Source of the DNA: Octopus sinensis
Taxonomy: Eukaryota
NCBI RefSeq assembly: GCF_006345805.1
Contig: NC_043012.1
Location: forward strand, 34,658,001 to 34,722,000
Direction: 5' to 3'
DNA length: 64,000 nt
Under the pieces are notes generated by a model. That model worked only from the letters and a program-made list of their open reading frames with translations, searched no databases and had not been told where the DNA came from. The position numbers and the translations under genes were made by a program. The number at the start of each line of letters is the position of its first letter. Position 1 is the stretch's first letter. Positions 53,701 through 64,000 of this stretch are shown here, one piece after another.

Positions 53701-54214
53701 TCAAATTATAGAATTTGTAAATTTTTTTCGAAAATAGAAATAAATAACACGTCATAATCATCACCACCATCGTTATCTTGGTCATAATCATCCTTATTCA
53801 CCTCCTCCCCTCCTCCTCCTCGTTGTCCACCTCCTCCTCGTTGTCCACCTCCTCCTCGTTGTCCACCTCCTCCTCCGCGTCATCTTCGTCCTCCTCCTCA
53901 TCGTCTTCCTCCTCCACCTCCTCCTCCTCCTCCTCGTCGTCACCACTACCGCCCCTAACAACACAACAACAACTGCAGCCATCGTGTAACGTTCCTAAGT
54001 TCACAAAATGCCAGACAGCTATCTCATATCATATCTCACTGTTGGTGAGGTACAGTATGAGATGGCCTTCCTCGATGGACGATGCCACTGCCAACCTCAC
54101 GTCTGAAGAAGTAATGGTGTCATGCCAGCAGAAATATTTAGTGAAAATTAAAGTTATAGTGAATGCCCTGGGAGTTTGCTTCAAGCAACACTGCTCAAGC
54201 GAAACAAAAGCGTT

Positions 54215-54420
54215 GAACTGGCAGTATTGTTAGCACGCCGGGCAAAATGCTTTATAGCATTTCGTCTGTCCTCATGCTCTGAGTCCAAATTTCGCCAAGG
54301 TTTGCTTTCCTTTCATCCTTTCGGGGTCGATAAGATAAGGAGCAGTTGAAAACTGAGGACGATGTCATCGACTTAGCCCCCTCCCCCACCCCGACCTTGC
54401 TGGCCAAAATTTGAAACCAA
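54215..54420 (+). mobile_element. Diverged SINE B-related copy
   Basis: ctggcagtattgttagcacgccgggc...tttcatcctttcggggtcgataa. Confidence 0.7.
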
Positions 54421-54441
54421 TATTGTTCCAAGTTACTACCA

Positions 54442-54541
54442 GATCGAGATTACTACCAAAGAGACCAGCTGGATCGAGGTTACTACTAGAGAAACCAACT
54501 GGATCGAGGTTACTACCAGAAAGACAAGCTGGATCGAGGTT
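54442..54541. repeat. 30-bp tandem repeat, about 3.3 copies
   Basis: gatcgag(g/a)tt starts at 54442, 54472, 54502 and 54532. Confidence 0.85.
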
Positions 54542-54710
54542 TGCAAATCCAGCACCCAAAATAAACTTTTAATTTGTGTAGTAAATATTACTGCCGATAA
54601 GCTATGTACCAACCTGTCTGAATGGAAGCATGGTTGGACTTAAATTCTTGAGGCCTTGTGCCTATAGTAGAAAGGATTATCATCATCATCATCATCATCA
54701 TCATTGGAAT

Positions 54711-54965
54711 GCTACATTGGAAACTGTGCGAAAAGTGGGGGGCTAGAGAGAAGCAAAACGTGGTATGAGAGCACAGACCGCAAAAAGTGGCGGAGTCAAA
54801 GACTTGCAAAACCCTCCATGATTTCCCAATCCAAACAGACCAGATGCTGGAGCATAACAGACCGGACCTCGTGGTCGTCTACAAGATGCACCCTATGTGC
54901 TAAATCCACGACAAAAATCATTAAATGCCGTGGTTAAGCTTCAATTAGAAATATTCCTTGAATTC
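54711..54965 (+). pseudogene. RLE-type LINE fragment (duplicated at 58826-59095)
   Basis: LHWKLCEKWGLERSKTWY...DFPIQTDQMLEHNRPDLVVV. Confidence 0.75.
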
Positions 54966-55205
54966 ACGATATCAGGGGGAAATGACTATCATGCAATAAC
55001 TGCTTAAAATTTAAAGGACGACTAGATTTATGATGGTTAGCCAACAGAACAAGACCCTTTTCCTTTAAACCTTTTCGCCGAACAGGTTTGTGGCCAGTTA
55101 AAATAAACTCTTAAATTCCAATGAGGGAGAGAATGATATATATGCAACCATACATACGTGCAAAAACAATTCATGCATTCACATGAAAATATATGCAAAT
55201 ATACC

Positions 55206-55619
55206 TATTTCTTAATTGCCCACAAGGGGCTAAACACGGAGAGGGCAAACAAGGACAGACAAACGGATTAAGTCGATTATATCGACCCCAGTGCGTAACT
55301 GGTACTAAATTTATCGACCCCGAAAGGATGAAAGGCAAAGTCGACCTCGGTGGAATTTGAACCTAGAACGTAGCGGCAGACGAAATACCTATTTCTTTAT
55401 TACCCACAAGGGGCTAAACATAGAGGGGACAAACAAAGACAGACATACGGATTAAGTCGATTACATCGACCCCAGTGCGTAACTGGTACTTAATTTATCG
55501 ACCCCGAAAGGATGAAAGGCAAAGTCGACCTCGGCGGAATTTGAACCCAGAACGTAGCGGCAGACGAATTGCCGCTAAGCATTTCGCCCGGCGTGCTAAC
55601 GGTTCTGCCAGCTTGCCGC
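55206..55619 (-). mobile_element. SINE family B dimer
   Basis: Two monomers joined at gaaataggtatttcgtctg; flanks caaatataccta / caaacataccta. Confidence 0.88.
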
Positions 55620-56492
55620 AAACATACCTACGTACATTTGTACACACACAAATATACATACATAACTTAACAAGCACTCTTGCTGAAGGACAAGGCGTCG
55701 CTGAGTATCGAACTCACGATCCTGAGCCGAATGTCCTAACCACTAACCACTAAACTACGCACCTTCACCATGCACACATACATTTATGCAGACATACATT
55801 TATGCAGACATACACGCATACAAGCATACATGAGTATATTTATTTCCACGTGTATTTTGCGTTTGGTAGATTTTGCTCACATACATATGTGTTCGAGTAA
55901 ACACACGCGCATACGTGTTTTATTATATCATATTTTGTGTATGTGCAGGCAAGAATGTGATTGTGCTTGTTAGTGTGTACGTAGCTATGTGTTTGTGTAG
56001 TTAGATTAAATTACATACAGATGACTTGGACTGTCTCGAAGAATGTAGGCGTTTTATAAATAATTACTTAGACAACAGAAGGTGAGCTGGGCTCTTTGTG
56101 AATGGTGCTGCTAGCTGAAATGGCATATGTCGTTTATCTCTGAAGGTGGTGCCAGCGACATTGGATCTGCTGGTAAGAATTCAAAGACGGTGAACGCCGT
56201 CTGCTGTCTCATCCATAAGCCGAGACACGTCACGCACCGCTCCTATATCAACAACCGAACGCCTGGCTTTATTTTCAGATCTCTTCTCACTGCACTTTAT
56301 GGCATCGTTATGTTGTATGCTCGGATGGCATTTATCGTTGCTTCTACGTTCGGACTCGCTCTGGTAGATACGCAACGGAATCCTGAACGAAACGATTCGA
56401 AGAAGAAGAAGAAGAAAAAGAAGAAGAAGAAGAAGAAGAAGAAGAAGAAGAAGGAGGAGGAGAAGAAGAAGAAGAACAACAACAACAACACA

Positions 56493-56559
<67 letters not shown>

Positions 56560-56832
56560 AGGTACTAATACCACAACGACTAACAACTTTAGCAATTAGT
56601 TCATTAGTTACGATAACAGCAGTTATAACAATAGTTAGAGCAACAACAACAACAACTACAAGACGACCACAACATCCCCACTAACAACAACAATATCAAG
56701 TTAGCGAGGTAGCTTTTTGCGTGGTCATTCGACCTGCTAGATACAACAGCCAAGTTACCCTCAATATCACACCCGAACATTTTTGGATACACTGGATGTA
56801 TGTGTGTGTGTGCGCGTGCGTGTATTTGTATG

Positions 56833-56872
<40 letters not shown>

Positions 56873-57034
56873 TGTATTTATATGTATATGTGTGTATATA
56901 TATATGAGTGTGTATGTGTGTGTATGTGTGTATATATACATACATACCGACATGCAGACACACGCATATATGTATGTGTGTGTGTGTGTGTGTGTGTATG
57001 TACATATATATGCATACATACATACATACATACA

Positions 57035-57070
<36 letters not shown>

Positions 57071-57576
57071 CATATATATGCAAAAGCACAAATGGCGTGT
57101 GAAATTTACGACAGCTGTTTCGATATCTAAGACAGGATGTTCACGGCTGAAGGGCCTTTAATTATAAGTCTGATTCATTAGGGCTGACCTGGGGCTAAAA
57201 AGCAGCACTACCACAGCATATTCTCCCACCCCAACAACAACAACAACAACAACAACATGCAAGCACTATTAAAGAAACAAACAGACGTAAAGACAAAATT
57301 CCCATATAAAGTTTAATATCATATCTCAGATGGGATTCTTGCTTGCCAACCAGACATTCTCTTCATTGCAGCAGATTTCTGTTCTGGCGGTTATTAAAGA
57401 GAGTCGAAAACATGAGTGGGGGAGCTAGAAAGGAAAAGGGAAACATTGAATAATATATATATATATATAAAAAAAAGGGACAAAACAGAAAAAAAGATTA
57501 CTTTCTTAAGCAACATATGGCGTCTGTTTGTAAAGTGTACAATAACATATAACTTATGTTATAATGTTATAACGTC

Positions 57577-57651
<75 letters not shown>

Positions 57652-57804
57652 TTGATGATGATGATGATTATGATTATGTTGATGATGATGATGATGATGA
57701 TGTTGATGATGATGATGATTATGTTGATGATGATGATTATGTTGATGATGATTATGTTGATGATGATGATTATGTTGATGATGATGATGATTATGTTGAT
57801 GATG

Positions 57805-57836
<32 letters not shown>

Positions 57837-57840
57837 GATT
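57577..57840. repeat. (ATG)n microsatellite
   Basis: Interrupted atg repeats producing the poly-M and poly-I ORFs. Confidence 0.95.
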
Positions 57841-57854
57841 CCAAATTTTTTTTT

Positions 57855-58102
57855 TTGCACAAGGTCAGTAATTGTTGGGGAGCGGGGGGGGAATAAGTTG
57901 ATTAAATCAACCTCCAGTGTTCAACTGGTAACTTATTTTATCGACCGTGAAAGGGTGAAAAGCAAAAGTTGATCCCGGCGGCATTTGAACCCAGAACCCA
58001 GAAGACGGATGAAGTGCCGCTAAGCATTTTCCCCCGGCGTGCCAAAGATTCTACCAGCTCGCGTCTTTGGTAATAATAATAATGATGATGATAATAATAA
58101 TA

Positions 58103-58186
<84 letters not shown>

Positions 58187-58430
58187 TGATGATGATGATC
58201 CTTTCTACTATAGGCACAAGTCCTGAATCTTTTGTGCGGAGTGGGGGTGGGTGGGGCAGCTAGTCGATTACCTCGACCCCAGTGCATGACAGGTACTTAT
58301 TTCATCGACCCCGATAGAATGAAAGGCAAAGTCGGCCTCGGCGAAATTTGATCTCAAAACGTAGGGACGGGCGAGATGCCGCTAAGCATTTTACCTGGCG
58401 CCCTAACAATTCTGCCAGCTCACTGTCGCC
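57855..58430 (-). mobile_element. Two diverged SINE B-related copies (57855-58065, 58200-58430) separated by (AAT)n
   Basis: tttatcgacc...aaag.tgaaa.gcaaa Nin-like reverse complement occurs twice. Confidence 0.7.
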
Positions 58431-58548
58431 TTAATAATAATAATAATAATAATAATAATATAATAATAATAATAATAATAGGAAGAAGAAGAAGAAGAAG
58501 AACAACAACAACAACAACAGCAACAACAACAGTAACAACAACAACAAC

Positions 58549-58604
<56 letters not shown>

Positions 58605-59239
58605 TAATAATATCAATAACTAAATAAGACTGCGAGCAATATACTGGCAGCGCAAAAGGAAGCTGTGGCTACGAATTCGAGAGTCAACCTTACGAAAGAG
58701 CAAACTTCTCCGCTGTGCCACATTTGCGATAGAGTGGACGAAACGATTACCCCTATCACGAACGAATGCCTTAGACTTTTCCGAAAGCACTACAATTGTG
58801 GCAACACGATAAGGTAGCAAAACTGCTACATTGGAAACTGTGCGAAAAGTGTGGGGGGGGGGCTAGAGAGAAGCAAAACGTGGTATGACAGCACAGACCG
58901 CAAAGGGTGGCGGAGTCAAAGACTTGCAAAATCCTCCGTGATTTCCCAATCCAAACAGACCAGATGCCGGAGCATAACAGACCGGACCTCGTGGTCGTCT
59001 ACAAGATGCACCCTACGTGCTAAAATCCACGACAAAAATCATTAAATGTAGCTTTATTAGATGGTTAAGCTTTAATTAGAAATATTCTTTGAATTTTTTT
59101 ACATTTTTCTCGGGTTGTCGATTCTAGATGTTTTGAATTAGTTCTAAATGAGAAAGCAGAGGAGGAATTATTTTTCATCTTTCATAACAGCTAAATAATG
59201 AGAATAAAACAAAACAAACAAGTATTATAAAGGAAAATA

Positions 59240-59736
59240 GGATCTTTTCCGTTTGACCGGCAGTTTTTAACATAATTTCTAGGTAACTAAAAAATTTAAA
59301 ACTTCGTATACTGGTAGAATGTGTTTTTTAAAACATCTTTTTCTCTTGGCTTTATTGAGAAAATTCTATAGTTTGTAAGATATTTGTTGTTTTTTTCTTC
59401 AATTTCTGCAATTTCAACCAATCACTGACGTCCATTGAGGTAAACAACATTCTGTGCCGTATGAATATGTTCCTCGTTTAAAAAAAGATTGGGTTTATTT
59501 ACATTTGTGAAGAAAAAAAGAAATGGCGGTGCCCCAGCATGGCCACAGCTCATGAGCTGAAACTAGAATCAATCAATCATACCCTTTCCCCCACCCATAA
59601 CCCTAACCCTAACCCTAACTAACCCTAACCCTAAAATTGATTGAAATGCAATAGATCGATACTAGGGGCATAAATATGGGTGATAATTTCATATGACACC
59701 GCTAGAAAAAAACTGACGTTCAAACCGAAAAGATCC
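59240..59736. mobile_element. MITE with about 29-bp TIRs, 8-bp TSD (Merlin-like) and internal (CCCTAA)n
   Basis: ggaaaata|ggatcttttccgtttgaccggcagttttt ... aaaaactgacgttcaaaccgaaaagatcc|gaaaaata; ccctaa repeats at 59601-59634. Confidence 0.85.
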
Positions 59737-60112
59737 GAAAAATATCTTTTAAACATAATAGAATTAATTTCTGGCCCCAAAAGATGTTTCCCTTGCTCAT
59801 CCCAAAATATGTAATTTATTGCTTGTGACGTCATCGTCATATGATGGTTACTACGTCCACCTTGGTCTCAATGTGATTTCTGTGTGAAGTTGTGTTAGTT
59901 GTAATGGCGACTTATTTTGATATTTGCATCGTTCTTGTTCGGTAACTTCCCTGTTACTCTTGATGTTGTTGTTGTTGCTGTTGGCGTTGTTGATGTAATT
60001 ATATACTGTGCTTAGTAATGATTTATTTCAGGTTTAAGAATGTTACACGAAGAAAACGTTCCCGCGAAAGAAGATATGTAAATAGTCGTATATAACACTT
60101 GAATGACGGCTG

Positions 60113-60138
60113 GAAAAGAAAGAAAGAAAGAAAGAAAA

Positions 60139-60178
<40 letters not shown>

Positions 60179-60620
60179 AAATGAATGAATGACGGAAAGA
60201 AAGAATGAAAGTAGGAAGGAAGGAAGGAAGGAAGGAAGGAAGGGAGGAAGGAAGCAAGGAAGGAAGGAAAGAAGGAAGGAAGGAAGGAAGGAAAGAAGGA
60301 AGGAAGGAAGGAAGGAAAGAGGGGAATAAAGAAAGAAAGAAAGAAAACGAATGAATGAAGGACGGAAGGAAAGAATGAAAGTAGGAAGGAAGGGAGGAAG
60401 GAAGCAAGGAAGGAAGGAAGGAAAGAAGGAAGGAAGGAAGGAAGGAAGGAAAGAGGGGAATAAAGAAAGAAAGAAGGAAAGAAAGAAAGAAAGAAAGAAA
60501 ACGAATGAATGAAGGACGGAAGGAAAGAATGAAAGTAGGAAGGAAGCAAGGAAGCAAGGAAGGAAGGAAGGAAGGAAGGAAAGAGGGGAATAAAGAAAGA
60601 AACAATGAATGAACGAAAGA
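60113..60620. repeat. (GAAA)/(GGAA) tract with a higher-order repeat of about 150-170 bp
   Basis: gacggaa.gaaagaatgaaagtaggaagg occurs three times. Confidence 0.85.
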
Positions 60621-61204
60621 AAGTCAGGAGAGAGGAATGAAAAGTGGAGAGGGAAAAAGACGGAACGAAAGATGTTCTGGCGAAACGAAATAAAATTCGA
60701 CGAAAAGACAGAAAGAAAAAGGGAGAAATAAAAGAATAAAAAAAGAGGGGCCAAGAGGAAGTGGTGAAATTATGACAGGGAAAACAAAAAGAAAAAAATA
60801 AAGAAAATTTGTGGTAGTGCATATAATGGTAAGTCTCTATGAACATTGATCTAGGTTCGAATCGACCTTGAGCCATTTTCATTTCACTTAATCCTCGTAC
60901 CAGTGGTTTCTTTTACTCTCAACAATCTCCAAAGCGATGTCCGTCCACTCATATTGATTTATCTTCAGTGCATTATGTAACGACAAGAATTATGGGACGT
61001 TTTCGTTCCAAACGAAAATATAATAAATAAGAGTATAAAAAAGCTTAAAATAAAAGAACGAACAAGGGAATAAAAGTAAGAAAGCAGAGATTAAAGAAAC
61101 TTCATTTTGTAAGTTTGTGTCTCTTGTAATGAATAGACTTTTTAAAATTTTATTTTAAATGCAAACACTCTCAGAAAGTCACGCACACATACATAGACAC
61201 GTAA

Positions 61205-61426
61205 CCCTTTCGTTACTGTATTTATTTTGAGATGCTCGGTGTTTCTTTCAATTATTGTAAATATAACAAAAGAATTTAGTAAAATAACTTAGTTATCAAT
61301 AAGCTAGTGTTAGGAACATAAATTGTGACTAAGGTTTTGGGGGAAGATTTTAATTCAAAACATAGGAAAACAAGACATTTGTACTCAGGGCCAGAGGTGG
61401 TTTCAGCCAGGTTGATATCAAAAGGG
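61205..61426. mobile_element. piggyBac-type MITE
   Basis: gtaa|ccctttcgttac ... gatatcaaaaggg|TTAA. Confidence 0.65.
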
Positions 61427-61955
61427 TTAAAGAAGAGACATGTAGCAATAAAAGATCGACATATATCATAAAATGCCGTGACGTATAACAAACATCATCG
61501 CTAACTCTTGTCAAGTGATCTGCGCCGTTGCATGTTTACTAACAGAGAAAGACAAGGAAGGAGAAATGAGAGAGATATATATATATAGAGAGAGAGAAGG
61601 GGAGAAATTAATGAGAGAAAGATGTAATTTATGATTAACCAGGAGAAAAGTTCTTGCACAGAAAAATATATATCACATTTCATTACAATGAAAAATAAAT
61701 CCAAAGACAATTCAGAAACTCAAGAAAACTCTCTCAACTCTATACATGAAAAACCATTCAAACACACACAAAGACTACTGTAAGATAGTAAGCATTATTT
61801 TAAATTTTCAATAGAAAATTTATAAGAACTGTCTCTTAATCCAAGTCTTTGGCGATTAGGATGATGTGTTGAATTCTATCTTAATATAACTTTCTACGAA
61901 AAGGCGGCGAGCTGGCAGAATCGTTAGCACGCTGTGTTTAGCCCCTTGTGGGTAG

Positions 61956-62137
61956 TAATAACATCGAAAAATACCTTAGGAATGAGAACCCAGGTTCGGA
62001 ATTTCCCCAAGATTCCTGATGAAGGCTGGAGGGTATATCAGCCGAAATGTTGTGTTAACAACAAACAAGATGAGGAGAAATATCCGTCGAATGTAAATAA
62101 TGTACATAATTCCTCTTCTCTTCAATATAGAACTGTA
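61956..62137 (+). mobile_element. Second copy of the hammerhead-bearing element body (hammerhead at 62011-62056)
   Basis: CTGATGA-a-ggctg/cagcc-GAAA-tgtt-gtgtt; homologous to 7463-7615. Confidence 0.7.
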
Positions 62138-62749
62138 ATGACTCATACGCATCGACATACAAACCTAACACACAATAACTACATTATATTAACGAATAGC
62201 ATCCCTGCACACATCCAAATATCACAACATGCATACATCTTTAAAATATATACACCAAAAGGAGTAGGAGACATCAGGAGAGATATATAAACAAAAGACT
62301 ATATCAAGAACTGCTTGTGGAAACACCCACAACCATTCAGAGGGGAGCCATGAACTTGAATAAATTTAGTTTCGATAATTTCAGTCATGATTAGACATTC
62401 GAGTTTCTTTAGAATAGCAGTTTCACATAATACTTTAAACGATGAAATATAGGATATATTTAATTTTCAAGCTATTAACTATGTGTGTGGCCTGGCTTAC
62501 ATATACAAAAAAGATAATTTAGATCAATGAGAGGGTAGCTTAGTACAGTTTCAATATCGGTGAGAGGTACTGGATATGCTTCAGTAGAGAACCGCCTGCA
62601 ATAAGACCAAAAGAAATTTAGCTTTGATTGCTCATTTAAAACCAATCAAAGGATAATGAATTAAACCGATTTTCCTTTATTCTGAATAACTTTAGTGGTC
62701 ACAGTCTATAAATATTAGTGGAGATCTGAAAATAAAAAGAACAGTGAGT

Positions 62750-62782
<33 letters not shown>

Positions 62783-62795
62783 ACACACACACACA

Positions 62796-62843
<48 letters not shown>

Positions 62844-62950
62844 GAATAGATAGATAGATAGATAGATAGATTCATACATACATACATACATACATACATA
62901 CATACATAATGTATACATAATACACACACACACACACACACATATATATA

Positions 62951-63463
62951 CTAGCAGTATCGCCCGGCGTTGCTCGGGTTTGTAAGGGAAATAACTATAT
63001 AAGCATTTTTAGAGAGTTACTTCCCTTATAGATGCCAATTCGGGCTTTCTTAGCCATTTCTGTTTTGGTGTCTTCAAGCCATGAAGTCGTTGTTCTAAAA
63101 GAACGCTGGTCTCCTTGACAACGCTTTACGACGTTGATTTCCTTACACTCTCTTCCCCACAGCTTCACGAGGGAGGAAAGAAGGGGAAGAAGCAAACAGG
63201 TGCAGGTGTGACCATGGACGCCAACTCCGCCGCCATCGACATACGAAAAATTATGCATTAAAATGGAATAAAAAATGATGTTAAATTATTTTAAAAATCG
63301 TAGACTCATTGTAGACGCGCGCTAATACTCAGACGGGCTCGATATGAATCACGACTATAAGATACCCGAATTTGGTTAAACTGCACCGCAAAATGTGGGA
63401 GTAGTTAGGAATCTAAATCGAAGGGGGGAGACACTCACACAACTACAGTTTTATATATATAGA
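62951..63463 (-). mobile_element. Complete non-autonomous Helitron
   Basis: Minus strand A|TCtatatatataaaac ... cccgagcaacgccggg hairpin ... CTAG|T; no TSD. Confidence 0.88.
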
Positions 63464-64000
63464 TATACATTTTGTGTGTGTTGATAAGTGTTTGTGGCAA
63501 GCTCTTAGTTTCTGCTCGAATCTGTTACAATTATTCTTCTCAAGCCATTTCGGAAAGAATGAATGTCATGGTTCCCATTCCTGTGTGACCAACGGATCAG
63601 TATAAACATTTTTGCCGTTAATACATGACATATTTGGTCAGAGATTGTAGTGAATTCATCGCAGGTAATCACAACACCTGTAAATTCATCGCATAGCCAG
63701 TCAATGCATTATTCTCAATAAACTCAGATAGTCATACCACATGCATAGTCAATAAATTTTATTCTTCGTTGTACATTTTATCCACAGAGAAAATGAAGAG
63801 AATTTTCTTATTCGCCACAATAAACAAAGGATTCAAATACCAAAAATAACACCCAAACATTTGGAATATTGTTTGAATTAAATCTTCAAAAAGTAGCAAT
63901 CAAGAAACGAATTAATAATCGCACATTGTGTCGCTGTTGCCAAAACTTCACATCGCAAAAAGTAGCATTGGTTTCAATTGTTGGCATAAGGTTAGCAATA

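Noticed and set aside
59601-59634. Chromosome end or fusion site
   Set aside because: Only a few repeats, and they are internal to a MITE.
60012-60882. Long F/L/S/P-rich ORFs up to 279 aa
   Set aside because: Translations of the (TTCC)/(TTTC) tract.

Overview
AT-rich eukaryotic, repeat-dominated DNA, most likely intronic or intergenic sequence of a coleoid cephalopod (octopus-like; inferred from the SINE families and very dense (TA)n/(CA)n/(TACA)n/(TAA)n microsatellites, not proven). No complete host gene is visible, and almost all listed ORFs are microsatellite or SINE artefacts. The window holds at least four tRNA-headed SINE families and decayed LINEs (R4/Dong-type in (TAA)n, L1/Tx1-type, RTE). 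It also has a decayed Penelope-like element, a gypsy-like gag fragment, a full-length decayed Chapaev3-like transposon, Tc1/mariner fragments, Helitrons, several MITEs, a tRNA-Gln(CTG) pseudogene and minisatellites. The main signal not explained by ORFs is about 13 minimal hammerhead-ribozyme-like motifs from several unrelated repeat families. These include a G3-C8 core swap, a recurrent U4C core, and a copy fused behind a tRNA-like head. A 70-bp tandem hairpin repeat with structure-preserving changes is also notable. All structures were paired by eye; no folding or database search was run.
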